Positions 20,776-31,592 of a stretch of 64,000 bases of DNA are shown piece after piece. Each line of letters starts with the position of its first letter. Within the stretch, counting starts at the first letter, position 1. This stretch comes from a bacterium. GTDB taxonomy: Bacteria > JADJOY01. The notes beneath the pieces are model-generated. The model did no database searches. It saw only the letters and a list, made by a program, of their open reading frames with translations, and was not told the origin of the DNA. The stretch is taken from positions 1 through 64,000 of the forward strand of contig JAXLQJ010000004.1 in NCBI GenBank assembly GCA_046331705.1, given 5' to 3'. The translations under genes and the position numbers were made by a program.

Positions 20776-20932
20776 CGCCCGAACGGGCTCGCGCCGCGAT
20801 CCGGCCGTCGAGCCCACCGCCGCCACGCGCGCCTGCCGCGGGCCGCGCGTGCCCCGCGGGCACCGGCGCTCGGCCCGTGTCGGCGAGCGTCACGGGCGTC
20901 GCAGTCGCCCCCCCATCCCTGAGGAGCGCATC

Positions 20933-22228
<1,296 letters not shown>

Positions 22229-22266
22229 ACGCGAGCGCTCGCGCGGGAGGCGATCGCGACCCGGGC

Positions 22267-24189
22267 TCAGAGCCCGGCGCCGAGCACGTCGACGGCGCGT
22301 TCGGCGGGCACGGCCTCGCGCTCACTCGCGCCCTCGCGGCGCGCAGGCAGCCACACCCGGAAGCGGCTCCCCTCGCCCGCGACGCTCTCGATGTCGATGT
22401 GCCCGCCGTGGGCGCGCACGATGCCGTACACCACGGACAGCCCGAGCCCACGTCCCTGGAACTTGGTCGTGAAGAACGGCTCGAACACGTGCGCGCGGGT
22501 CTGCTCGTCGAGACCCACTCCCGAATCGGCGACGGTGAGCTCGACGTAGGAGCCGGCGGCGAGGGCCAGTCCGCGGGCCCGCTCCTCGTCGAGCACGCAA
22601 TTGCGCGTCGTCACGCGCAAGCGACCGCCGCCGTCGAGCGCCTCGACACCGTTGGTGCAGAGGTTCATGACCACCTGCCCCATCTGGGTCGGATCGGCTT
22701 CGACCGACCAGAGATCGGCCGCGAGATCACGCTCGATGCGCACCCCCGCCGGCGGCGAGCGGAACTGGAGGCTCAGGATCTCGCGCACCACCTCGTTGAG
22801 GTCGAGCGCCTCGGGGTGCGTGGTGCCGCCCCGCGCGAACGAGAGCATCTGCCGGGCCAGCCCTCCACCCTTGCGCGCCAGCGCGGCGATCTCGTCGAGG
22901 AGCTCGTGGCCCGTGGAGTCGTCGCCCACCACGTCGCGCAACAGGTCGGTGGTGCTCAGCACCACCGCCATCAGATTGTTGAAGTCGTGCGCGATCCCGC
23001 CGGCGAGCGTCGCCGTGGCCTCCATCCGCGATGCGGCCATGAGCGCCGCCTCGGCGCGCTTGCGCTCGGTGATGTCCTCGGAGATGCCGAGCAGGTACTG
23101 GACGACGCCGTTCTCGTCGACGATCGGGATCTTCTTCGTGTGCAGCGTGCGGGCACCGTGGGTGCGCGTGTGGATCGGCTCCTCGGGGATGTCGACCACC
23201 TTCCGCCCCGCCAGCACCTCGCGATCCTTGGCGGTGAAGAAATCCGCCTCCGCCTTCGGGAAGAAATCGTAGTCGTTCTTGCCCAGCAGGTCGTCGCGGC
23301 GGAATCCGAGCAGCTCCTCGCCGGCGCGGTTGAAGCGCACGAAGCGCAGCTCGGCCGCGTCCTTGACGAAGATCATGTTGGGGATGTTCTCCACCACCGA
23401 GCCCAGGAACGCCGAGTCGCGCCACACCTCTTCCTCGGCGCGCTTGCGCTGGGTGATGTCCTTCACGATCCGGTAGTGGCCGGCGGGCTCGCCGCTGCGA
23501 TCCCAGACCGGCACCAACGTCACGCCGAGGTAGGCCGTGGACCCGTCCTTGCGCTCGGCGCGGACCTCGACCTCGGCCCATCCAGCGAGTGACATGCCGG
23601 TGCTCGCCTCGCGCAGCAGCGTCCGGTCCTCGTTGGCGATCGGGAGGTCGGCCGGGCGCCCGACGAGGTCGTCGACGCGGTGGCCGAGCATGCGCGCGTA
23701 CGTCTCGTTGGCTTGCTCGATGCGCCCGTCGAGCCCCACCCGCACCACGCCCTCCACCGCGGCTTCCAGCACCGAGTTGAGGGTGTTGCGCTCGTGCTCG
23801 GCGCGCGCGCGCTCGCTGCGCACCGCCGCCTGACGCTCGGCGATGGTGAGTCGCACGCGGAAGTCGCGGCTCAGGATCGGCTTCGAGATGAAGTCGTCGG
23901 CGCCTGCGTCGAGCGACCGCGCCACGTCGTCGGGCCCGCCCCGGCCCGTGAGCACCAGCACCACGCTGTGCGCGCCGCGCGGGTGCGAGCGAATGCGTCG
24001 GCAGAGATCGAGCCCGTCCAGGTCCGGCAAGTTGAGATCGAGAACGACGAGCTCCTGGAACCCTTCGAGATACGCCGCCCAGGCCGCCTCGCCCGTGGCG
24101 AACGCGCTCACCGTGTGGCCACGCTCGCCGACGAGCTCGGCCAGGATCCGTCGGACCTCGTCCTGGTCTTCGACGAGCAAGCATCTCAT
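22267..24189 (-). CDS. Hybrid sensor histidine kinase (REC-PAS-PAS-HisKA-HATPase)
   Basis: LLVEDQ/LDLNLP receiver, two PAS-PAC repeats (KDITQRK, EDITERK), GIAHDFNN, FEPFFTTK..GRGLGL. Confidence 0.92.
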   Translation of the reverse strand: MRCLLVEDQDEVRRILAELVGERGHTVSAFATGEAAWAAYLEGFQELVVLDLNLPDLDGLDLCRRIRSHPRGAHSVVLVLTGRGGPDDVARSLDAGADDFISKPILSRDFRVRLTIAERQAAVRSERARAEHERNTLNSVLEAAVEGVVRVGLDGRIEQANETYARMLGHRVDDLVGRPADLPIANEDRTLLREASTGMSLAGWAEVEVRAERKDGSTAYLGVTLVPVWDRSGEPAGHYRIVKDITQRKRAEEEVWRDSAFLGSVVENIPNMIFVKDAAELRFVRFNRAGEELLGFRRDDLLGKNDYDFFPKAEADFFTAKDREVLAGRKVVDIPEEPIHTRTHGARTLHTKKIPIVDENGVVQYLLGISEDITERKRAEAALMAASRMEATATLAGGIAHDFNNLMAVVLSTTDLLRDVVGDDSTGHELLDEIAALARKGGGLARQMLSFARGGTTHPEALDLNEVVREILSLQFRSPPAGVRIERDLAADLWSVEADPTQMGQVVMNLCTNGVEALDGGGRLRVTTRNCVLDEERARGLALAAGSYVELTVADSGVGLDEQTRAHVFEPFFTTKFQGRGLGLSVVYGIVRAHGGHIDIESVAGEGSRFRVWLPARREGASEREAVPAERAVDVLGAGL

Positions 24190-24348
24190 GCCGTGACTCG
24201 ACCAGGGACGCCCGACCGATGCGCTGCAGCCATCGAGCGTCTCGATCCCCCGCTTACCACGCGGCGCCGGCACCCGCAACGAAAGCGTCGCTCGATCGCG
24301 GCGCGATTCCGCCGGCTCAGCGAGCGCAGGCGAATCACGGCGCGCGCC

Positions 24349-26166
24349 TCATCGCGTGCCGCCGCGCGCTGCAGGGTGCAGCTCGCCGAGCCAGGCCCGG
24401 TAACGAGCGCATTGCTCGGCGGTCGCGTTCGAGTCGGCCTCGATCCACCACGTATCCAGGGGACGCGCCGTGGGAGTGACGGTGAGCTCCGTGAGCCGCT
24501 CGCGACGAAACGCCGTGAGCGCGACGCTGGCGCCGAGGGCGAGATCGTCGAGACGCGCCTCGAGCGCACGCACGTCGTGCACACGCCATCCGCCCACCGC
24601 CACCACCTCGTCACCGGCGTAGAGCCCGGCCCGCTCGGCGGGGCTGCCGTTGGTGACCAGCGCCACCCGCAGCCGGCCGCCCTCCTCGCGAAAGCTCGCG
24701 CCGAGCTGGGGCCGATTGGCTGGATCACGCTCGCCGGGCGCCGGCGCGACGGGTGGGCGGCCGCCCCGATCCTCGGCGTTCTCCCGCGGCCGCGTGCGCG
24801 CGACGAGCCCCGCGAGCGCGAGGTGGCGGGCCACGTCCAGCTCCTCGGTCGATCGCACGTACCGATCCAGCAGGTCCTCGACGTCCACGCCCGTGAAGCG
24901 GCGCACCAGCTCGCCGAAGCCTCCCTCGGGGATCGTCTCGCCGCGCGCGGCGTCGGCGGCGAGCTCGCGCAACACCGTGTCGAGCGAGGCCCGGTCGCGG
25001 CTGCGCGCGCGGATCTCCAGATCGAGCAGCGACGCGACCACGTGACCCTTGAGGTAATAGGAAACCGACGTGTTGGGCGTGTCCTCGTCGGGTCGATAGA
25101 GGCGAATCCAGGCGTCGCGGCTCACCTCCTCGAGGGAATGCACCGCTCGCCCGGGCGTGCGGCCCAGCTGCGTGAGGTTCTCGCCCAGCATCTCGAGGTA
25201 GCGCTCCGGCCCGATCAATCCCGCCCGCCGCAGGAGCAACGGCGCGTAGTAGTCCGTGACTCCCTCCATCACCCACAGCAGGTCGGTGATGCACTCGCGC
25301 GCGTAATCGTAGGGGGCGAACCGTGTCGGTCGAATGCGCTTCACGTTCCAGACGTGAAACAGCTCGTGGCTCGCCAGGTCGAGGAACTCCTCGTAGGTGC
25401 GCCGCGGGCGGAAGCCGAAGCGCGGATAGTGCAAGACACAGCTGTCGCGGTGCTCGAGACCGCCCCCGCGCTTCTCGGCGAGGTGAACGACGAAGAGATA
25501 GCGACGATAGGGCAGCCCGCCCATGGTGTCGCGGGCGGCCGCCACCAGCGTGGCGAGATCGCGGCGCAGCCCCTCGAGATCGACGTTGCCGTCGCCCCAC
25601 ACGGCGATCTCGTGGGGGATGCCGTCCACCTCGAAGCGCACGTCGCGGTGAGCGCCCACCTCGACCGGGCAATCCACGAGATGGTCGTAGTCGTCGGCGC
25701 GCCACGCATCGGTCGCGTCGGCGACGCGCTCGAGGGTCGTGGCCACCTTCCAGCCGCTCGGCACCTCGATCTCGAGCAGCGCCGGACGAAAGCGGGTCTC
25801 CTGCGCGTAGACGAACAACGTGACACCGTTCCAGAACGCGTGCGTGTCGTCGAGATGGCTGGTGCGAACGGAGAGCTCGTGGGCGAAGACCTCGTACCGG
25901 ACCCGCACTCCCGCCGCCGCGCCGGTCACGCTCCACGTGGCCTTGCCGGTCTTGCGCGCAGGCAGCGCGGTGCCATCGAGCGACCACGCTTGGAAGCCGC
26001 GCACGTGGCGCGCAAACTCGCGCACCAGATACGAGCCCGGGTTCCACACCGGCAGCTCGAGCTCGAGCACCTCGGGCAACGGTGCTTCGAACGACGCCTC
26101 GACGTGAAAGCGATGGGCATGCGGCTCGGGCCACGCGACGCGATAGCGAACGACCGTCTCGTCCAT
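24349..26166 (-). CDS. M61 glycyl aminopeptidase with C-terminal PDZ domain
   Basis: PVWNPGSYL, GGLEH, HELFHVWNVKR, EGVTDYY, SYYLKG, SPAERAGL. Confidence 0.93.
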   Translation of the reverse strand: MDETVVRYRVAWPEPHAHRFHVEASFEAPLPEVLELELPVWNPGSYLVREFARHVRGFQAWSLDGTALPARKTGKATWSVTGAAAGVRVRYEVFAHELSVRTSHLDDTHAFWNGVTLFVYAQETRFRPALLEIEVPSGWKVATTLERVADATDAWRADDYDHLVDCPVEVGAHRDVRFEVDGIPHEIAVWGDGNVDLEGLRRDLATLVAAARDTMGGLPYRRYLFVVHLAEKRGGGLEHRDSCVLHYPRFGFRPRRTYEEFLDLASHELFHVWNVKRIRPTRFAPYDYARECITDLLWVMEGVTDYYAPLLLRRAGLIGPERYLEMLGENLTQLGRTPGRAVHSLEEVSRDAWIRLYRPDEDTPNTSVSYYLKGHVVASLLDLEIRARSRDRASLDTVLRELAADAARGETIPEGGFGELVRRFTGVDVEDLLDRYVRSTEELDVARHLALAGLVARTRPRENAEDRGGRPPVAPAPGERDPANRPQLGASFREEGGRLRVALVTNGSPAERAGLYAGDEVVAVGGWRVHDVRALEARLDDLALGASVALTAFRRERLTELTVTPTARPLDTWWIEADSNATAEQCARYRAWLGELHPAARGGTR

Positions 26167-26199
26167 GCGCGCGAGTCTACGAGACCGCGGGGCCGCTGG

Positions 26200-27237
26200 C
26201 TGCCGACGCTCGCCGTCGCGCTGGCGGTGAGCGCGGCCGCCGCCAGCGGCTGTGGATCAAGCTCGGCGCCCGTCGTGCCGGCGGCGATCGAGCTGCCGGC
26301 GTATCCGTTCACGACTACCCAAGCGATCGTCGTGGACGAGAGCGCGATCGCCGCTGCGGGCGGCGCCTATTGCCGCGATGCCCGCGCCAGGGCGACGGCG
26401 GTCGACTTCTACCTCGGCGCGCTGCCGCTCGGGTCGATCGACGCGCTGTGCGCCGATGGCCCCGCCTACACCGGCGCCGAGACGCGTCTCGGGAGCCTCT
26501 ACGTATCGGGATATTTCGGCGGTTTGTGGCTGCGCGACTCGCTGATCGCGAGCGACGCGGCGGCGCGCGCAGCGGCGGCTGGCCCCCAGGTGACGGGTCT
26601 TTCCGAGGTCGTCTTCTCGGCGCTCGCCGAGCTCGCGGGCGAGCGACTCGCGCTGGCTCGCGAGGGCGAGGACGCGACGCTCGTGGACGCGGCACGCACG
26701 AGCTTGCCGCTCTTGCTCACGCTCTTCGGCTACAACCTCGGTTACCTGCAAGTGGCAGAGGAAAACCCGCCCGCAGGAGCGCCCGCCGCGCCGAGCCCGA
26801 TCGCGTGCGACGGTTTCCTGGCGTGTCGCGGCACCGGCGTCGACGTCGCGACGCTCGAGCGCTACGCGAGCGCGCTCGCGGCGATCGCCTCGCCGTCCAC
26901 GGACGCGTGGCGCGAGGTGGCGGACCTCGTCGCACGCTACGGCGAAGGCGCCGTGCAATCCGGCCGCGGCGTCTGGGAGAGCATCCTGGGCGGAAGCTCG
27001 ATCGCATCCACGGCGTACCAGCCGCTGCTCGATCTGAGCGCCGGCTATCTGCTGGTCTCGGAGGCCGCCGTGCTCGCGAACGCCACCGCGTTCGCGGAAT
27101 CGGACGCCGGCGCCGCGCGCTGCGGCTCGCTCGTCCAGACCGGTCTGGTGATCTGGTCCGGCAGCTATTTCGAGGGGCTCGCGTCGAGCGCGGCAGCGGG
27201 CACGTTCCCCACGCTCGAGTGCGTGGGATCCGGCTGA
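26200..27237 (+). CDS. Hypothetical Cys-containing lipoprotein
   Basis: 3' part of ORF 23680-27237 has a signal and lipobox (LAVSAAAASGC) and globular composition; start uncertain (CTG 26200 or GTG 26227). Confidence 0.6.
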   Translation: MPTLAVALAVSAAAASGCGSSSAPVVPAAIELPAYPFTTTQAIVVDESAIAAAGGAYCRDARARATAVDFYLGALPLGSIDALCADGPAYTGAETRLGSLYVSGYFGGLWLRDSLIASDAAARAAAAGPQVTGLSEVVFSALAELAGERLALAREGEDATLVDAARTSLPLLLTLFGYNLGYLQVAEENPPAGAPAAPSPIACDGFLACRGTGVDVATLERYASALAAIASPSTDAWREVADLVARYGEGAVQSGRGVWESILGGSSIASTAYQPLLDLSAGYLLVSEAAVLANATAFAESDAGAARCGSLVQTGLVIWSGSYFEGLASSAAAGTFPTLECVGSG

Positions 27238-27281
27238 GTCGGCGCAGCGAGACGACCGCCCCGCGCCGTCCCTTCGACTCG

Positions 27282-27740
27282 TCAGTTCATCGTGATGCGC
27301 GCCGAGCGCACCGCACCCGCTTCGTATTGCCAGAGCGTCACCGTGGGCGGGCGATCCGCGCCGCTGGTGGGTGTCGCGTCCACCAGAAAGACCTGGCACG
27401 ACGTATCCGCCGACGGCGTCACCGGCCCCGCGCCGCCATCCACGTAGGCCGGCTCGGCGCGATTCCGCGGGTTGGCGGCGGTGTTGGCGTCCTGCAGCGT
27501 CACGACCTCGGCGATGCTCTTCGCCGCGGCCTGGGGATCGCCTAGCGACTCGTAGCGCGAGACGCGGTTGCTGAGCTCGGCATCCATGGCGTGGAACGCC
27601 GCGAGACAGGCGTTGCTCATCGCCTTCTCGCGGCTGCCGAGGATCTTCGGCGCGACCACCACCGCCAGAATCGACAGGATCGCGACCACCACGAGCATCT
27701 CGACGAGCGTGAACCCCGCCGTCCGCGAGGATCGGGGCAT
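27282..27740 (-). CDS. Type IV pilin/pseudopilin
   Basis: Prepilin cleavage/methylation site G|FTLVE followed by a hydrophobic helix. Confidence 0.85.
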   Translation of the reverse strand: MPRSSRTAGFTLVEMLVVVAILSILAVVVAPKILGSREKAMSNACLAAFHAMDAELSNRVSRYESLGDPQAAAKSIAEVVTLQDANTAANPRNRAEPAYVDGGAGPVTPSADTSCQVFLVDATPTSGADRPPTVTLWQYEAGAVRSARITMN

Positions 27741-27872
27741 GAGCTGGCGAAAACCGTTCACGATCATTCCCCCGCGTCGCGTGTGCTCGATAAATCCTTG
27801 GGATCGTTCGAGAAAACTGGTAGGATCTTAAAGGTTCGCTGAGCGACCGGTCAACGAAATACTCTTCCCGAC

Positions 27873-28373
27873 ATGTCTGCACCACACAGTCGCCCGCCGG
27901 AACCCAACCGCGACGCCTCGACCCGCAAGGGCGACATCACGGCGTTGGTCCGCGAGGAAGCGGCGCGCCGGCGCAGCTCGGAAGAGACCAGCCACGAGGA
28001 AGGCCGCGCGTCGCGCGTGCCCTATCGGCTGATCGCGATCCTGGTCCTCGCCACGGTCACGGTGATCGCCACCACCAAGAGCGTCTTCCAGGTGATGGTC
28101 TTCCTCAAGCACCCCGGCGACAACGCGGTGCTCGGCGTGAAGCTCGACGAGGTCGACGCGTTGGTACCGGCGACCAGCCTGGCCCTCGACGGCAAGACAC
28201 TCGTCGTGAACGTGGGCACCGGCTGGGCGACGCTCGGCCACGAGGAACGCGCGCGGCGCCTCTCCGAGCTCGCGAGCCTGCTGGCCAACCGCTACTACCA
28301 CGGCGCGCGGCTGATCGCGCCGAGCGGCGGCGCCGTCGGCACCTGGGCGAAGGGGCGAGTCCACGTCGAGTGA
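27873..28373 (+). CDS. Hypothetical single-TM membrane protein
   Basis: One hydrophobic segment LIAILVLATVTVIA; divergent from the pilin. Confidence 0.55.
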   Translation: MSAPHSRPPEPNRDASTRKGDITALVREEAARRRSSEETSHEEGRASRVPYRLIAILVLATVTVIATTKSVFQVMVFLKHPGDNAVLGVKLDEVDALVPATSLALDGKTLVVNVGTGWATLGHEERARRLSELASLLANRYYHGARLIAPSGGAVGTWAKGRVHVE

Positions 28374-28437
28374 CCGAGCCCCGCGATCCCGCGTCCGCCT
28401 CTCGCCTCCCACCCAATCGCAGGCAGCGCCCTCCGCC

Positions 28438-29652
28438 GTGTCGCTCACGCCCTATCAGCGGCGGCTCGTCGTGTTTCTCGGCGTGGCGTGCTTCTTCGAA
28501 GGCTACGACTTCATCGCCATCACCCAGATCCTCCCCAACCTGCGCGCGGCCATGGAGCTCTCGCCCGCGCAGGGCTCGAGCCTCGTCGCGTTCATCAACC
28601 TCGGCACGATCCTCTCGTACGCGCTGGTACGGCGCGCCGATCGCTGGGGCCGGCGACGGGTGCTCACGCTCACCATCGCCGGCTACACGCTGGCGAGCTT
28701 CCTCTCCGGCCTGGCCACCGGACCCGTCTGGTTCGCGCTGGCGCAGCTCACTGCTCGCACGTTCCTGATCGCCGAATGGGCGGTGAGCATGGTGTACGCG
28801 GCCGAGGAGTTCCCCGCGCATCGGCGCGGCTGGGTCATCGGAGTCATCCAGGCCACCTCCAGCCTCGGCTCCACGGTATGCGCCGGCGTGGTGCCCGCGC
28901 TGCTCGCGACGCCGCTCGGTTGGCGCAGCGTGTACTTCGTGGGGACGATCCCGCTCGTCTTGCTCGCGTTCGCGCGGCGTAGCTTGCGCGAGAGCACGCG
29001 CTTCGCCAGCGCCGTGGCGGTGGCGCCGAGCACACCGCGATCGCTGCTCGAGATCATGCGCACCCCGTATCGGCGGCGGATCCTCGAGCTCGCGAGCATC
29101 TGGGGGCTCACGTACGTCTGCACCCAGTCCGCCGTCACCTTCTGGAAGGAGTTCGCGCTGGCCGAGCGCGGCTTCACCGACGGCCAGGTGGGCGCCAGCA
29201 TCTCGATCGCGGCGGTGGCGGCGATCCCGCTCACCTTCGGCGCCGGCAAGCTGATCGACGTGCTCGGACGGCGCCGCGGCGGCGCCATCATCTTCGTGCT
29301 CACGTCCGCAGGCGTGTTCGGCGCGTACACGTTGCCCGATCGGCTTTCGCTCACCGCGGCGCTCGCCGTCACGATCTTCGGCGTCACCGCGGTGCTGCCC
29401 GTGCTCAACGCCTACACCGCCGAGCTCTTCCCCACCGAGCTGCGCGGCGACGGGTTCGCGTGGGCGAACAACCTGCTGGGGCGAATCGGCTACGTGCTCG
29501 GTCCGCTGCTGGTCGGGCTCGCCGCCGGGCGCCTGGGATGGGGAGCCTCGGCGGCGGCCACCGCCATCTTTCCGCTGCTGGCGCTGGTGTTCATCCTCCG
29601 GCTCATGCCCGAGACCACGGGCAAGGAGCTCGAGGAGACGTCGCGACTCTGA
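28438..29652 (+). CDS. MFS transporter
   Basis: FFEGYD, ADRWGRRR, AEEFP..RRG, IDVLGRR, ELFPTELRG, PET. Confidence 0.92.
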   Translation: MSLTPYQRRLVVFLGVACFFEGYDFIAITQILPNLRAAMELSPAQGSSLVAFINLGTILSYALVRRADRWGRRRVLTLTIAGYTLASFLSGLATGPVWFALAQLTARTFLIAEWAVSMVYAAEEFPAHRRGWVIGVIQATSSLGSTVCAGVVPALLATPLGWRSVYFVGTIPLVLLAFARRSLRESTRFASAVAVAPSTPRSLLEIMRTPYRRRILELASIWGLTYVCTQSAVTFWKEFALAERGFTDGQVGASISIAAVAAIPLTFGAGKLIDVLGRRRGGAIIFVLTSAGVFGAYTLPDRLSLTAALAVTIFGVTAVLPVLNAYTAELFPTELRGDGFAWANNLLGRIGYVLGPLLVGLAAGRLGWGASAAATAIFPLLALVFILRLMPETTGKELEETSRL

Positions 29653-29839
29653 GCGGCGAGCCCCCGATCGCAGCCGCCGTCCGCGCACCGCTTCGCGCCG
29701 ACTCGGGTGCCGCGCCGATCGTGCCGAGCGGTGTCATCCCTGCTAGTCTCCGTTCGTTCACCACAACTCGCGACCGGCCCGACACGGGAGGTTCCTCCCG
29801 TGCTCGGCGATCCGCTCGCGCGACGAGGCTCGTTCACAC

Positions 29840-31519
29840 ATGCCGCCGCAATTCATCTTCACGACCCGTGGGCTGGGCAAGGTCGTCCCACCCAAGCGCG
29901 AGATCCTCAAGGACATCTCGCTCTCGTTCTACGGCGACGCCAAGATCGGCGTGCTCGGCCACAACGGCGCCGGCAAGTCGACGTTGCTCCGCATCATGGC
30001 CGGCGTGGACAAGGATTTCGTCGGCGAGGCCCGCCCCGCCGACGGGATCAAGATCGGGTTCCTGGCCCAGGAGCCCGCGCTCGATCCGGCCAAGAACGTC
30101 CGCGGCAACGTGGAGGAGGCGGTCGCCGAGCAACGCGCGATCCTCAAGCGCTTCGACGAGGTGAACGAGAAGTTCGGCGAGGTCACCTCGGACGACGAGA
30201 TGGCGGCGCTGGTCGACGAGCAAGCGCGCCTCCAGGACCAGATCGACGCGGGGAACCTCTGGGAGCTCGACCGCACCGTCGACATCGCCATGGATGCGCT
30301 GCGCTTGCCGCCGCCCGACGCCGACGTCACCACGCTTTCCGGCGGCGAGCGTCGCCGCGTCGCGCTCTGTCGGCTGCTGCTCTCGAAGCCCGACCTGCTG
30401 CTCCTCGACGAGCCCACCAACCACCTGGACGCCGAGTCGGTGGCGTGGCTCGAGCACTATCTTCAGGAGTTCCCCGGCGCCGTCATCGCCGTCACCCACG
30501 ACCGCTACTTCCTCGACAACGTCGCCGGCTGGATCCTGGAGCTCGACCGCGGCCAGGGCATTCCGTGGAAGGGCAACTACTCGTCGTGGCTCGATCAGAA
30601 GAAGAACCGGCTCGCCAACGAAGAGAAGGCCGAGTCCGCCCGCCAGCGCACCCTCGAGCGCGAGCTCGAATGGGTGCGGATGGCGCCGCGCGCCCGCCAG
30701 GCGAAGTCCAAGGCCCGCCTCCAGCGCTACGAGGAGCTCCTCAACACCACCGTCGAGAAGCACATGGAAACGGCGGAGATCACCATCCCGCCGGGTCCGC
30801 GTCTCGGCGACGTCGTGGTCGAGGCGCAAGGAGTGTCCAAGGGCTTCGGCGAGACGCTGCTCATGGAGAACCTGAGCTTCGCGCTGCCCAAGGGCGGCAT
30901 CGTGGGCGTGATCGGACCGAACGGCGCCGGCAAGACCACGCTCTTCCGCATGATCGTCGGCCAGGAGCAGCCCGATGGCGGGACCTTCAAGATCGGCGAG
31001 ACGGTGAAGATCGCGTACGTGGACCAGAGTCGCGACGCGCTCAAGCCCGACCGCAGCGTGTGGGAAGAGATCTCGGAGAAGAACGAGCTGATCGAGCTCG
31101 GCAAGAAGCAGATCAACTCGCGCGCCTACTGCTCCTGGTTCAACTTCAAGGGGCAGGATCAGCAGAAGCGGGTGAAGGATCTCTCGGGTGGCGAGCGCAA
31201 CCGCGTCCACCTCGCGAAGCTGTTGAAGAGCGGCGGCAATCTCTTGCTCCTCGACGAGCCAACCAACGACCTGGACGTGGACACGCTGCGCGCGCTCGAG
31301 GACGCGCTGCTCGATTTCGCCGGCTGCGCGGTGGTCATCAGCCACGACCGCTGGTTCCTCGATCGCATCGCCACCCACATCCTCGCATTCGAGGGCGACT
31401 CGAAGGTGGTGTGGTTCGAGGGCAACTTCCAGGCGTACGAGGAAGACCGCCACAAGCGCCTCGGCGCCGAGGCCGATCAACCCCATCGCATCCGATTCAA
31501 GAAGCTCACCCACGACTGA
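29840..31519 (+). CDS. ettA: Energy-dependent translational throttle ABC-F protein
   Basis: Two ABC domains ([21 protein letters not shown] twice), LERELEW linker, PHRIRFK tail. Confidence 0.95.
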   Translation: MPPQFIFTTRGLGKVVPPKREILKDISLSFYGDAKIGVLGHNGAGKSTLLRIMAGVDKDFVGEARPADGIKIGFLAQEPALDPAKNVRGNVEEAVAEQRAILKRFDEVNEKFGEVTSDDEMAALVDEQARLQDQIDAGNLWELDRTVDIAMDALRLPPPDADVTTLSGGERRRVALCRLLLSKPDLLLLDEPTNHLDAESVAWLEHYLQEFPGAVIAVTHDRYFLDNVAGWILELDRGQGIPWKGNYSSWLDQKKNRLANEEKAESARQRTLERELEWVRMAPRARQAKSKARLQRYEELLNTTVEKHMETAEITIPPGPRLGDVVVEAQGVSKGFGETLLMENLSFALPKGGIVGVIGPNGAGKTTLFRMIVGQEQPDGGTFKIGETVKIAYVDQSRDALKPDRSVWEEISEKNELIELGKKQINSRAYCSWFNFKGQDQQKRVKDLSGGERNRVHLAKLLKSGGNLLLLDEPTNDLDVDTLRALEDALLDFAGCAVVISHDRWFLDRIATHILAFEGDSKVVWFEGNFQAYEEDRHKRLGAEADQPHRIRFKKLTHD

Positions 31520-31592
31520 GCGCGCCGAGCATCGAAGCCACGCCTCGGGGTACGATTCGAGCGCGGACGCTCGATCCGCGCCGGAGGGCTCG

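Noticed and set aside
23680..27237. 1185-aa ORF as one giant protein
   Set aside because: The first ~840 codons are the antisense shadow of the kinase and M61 genes; only the 3' lipoprotein part looks coding.
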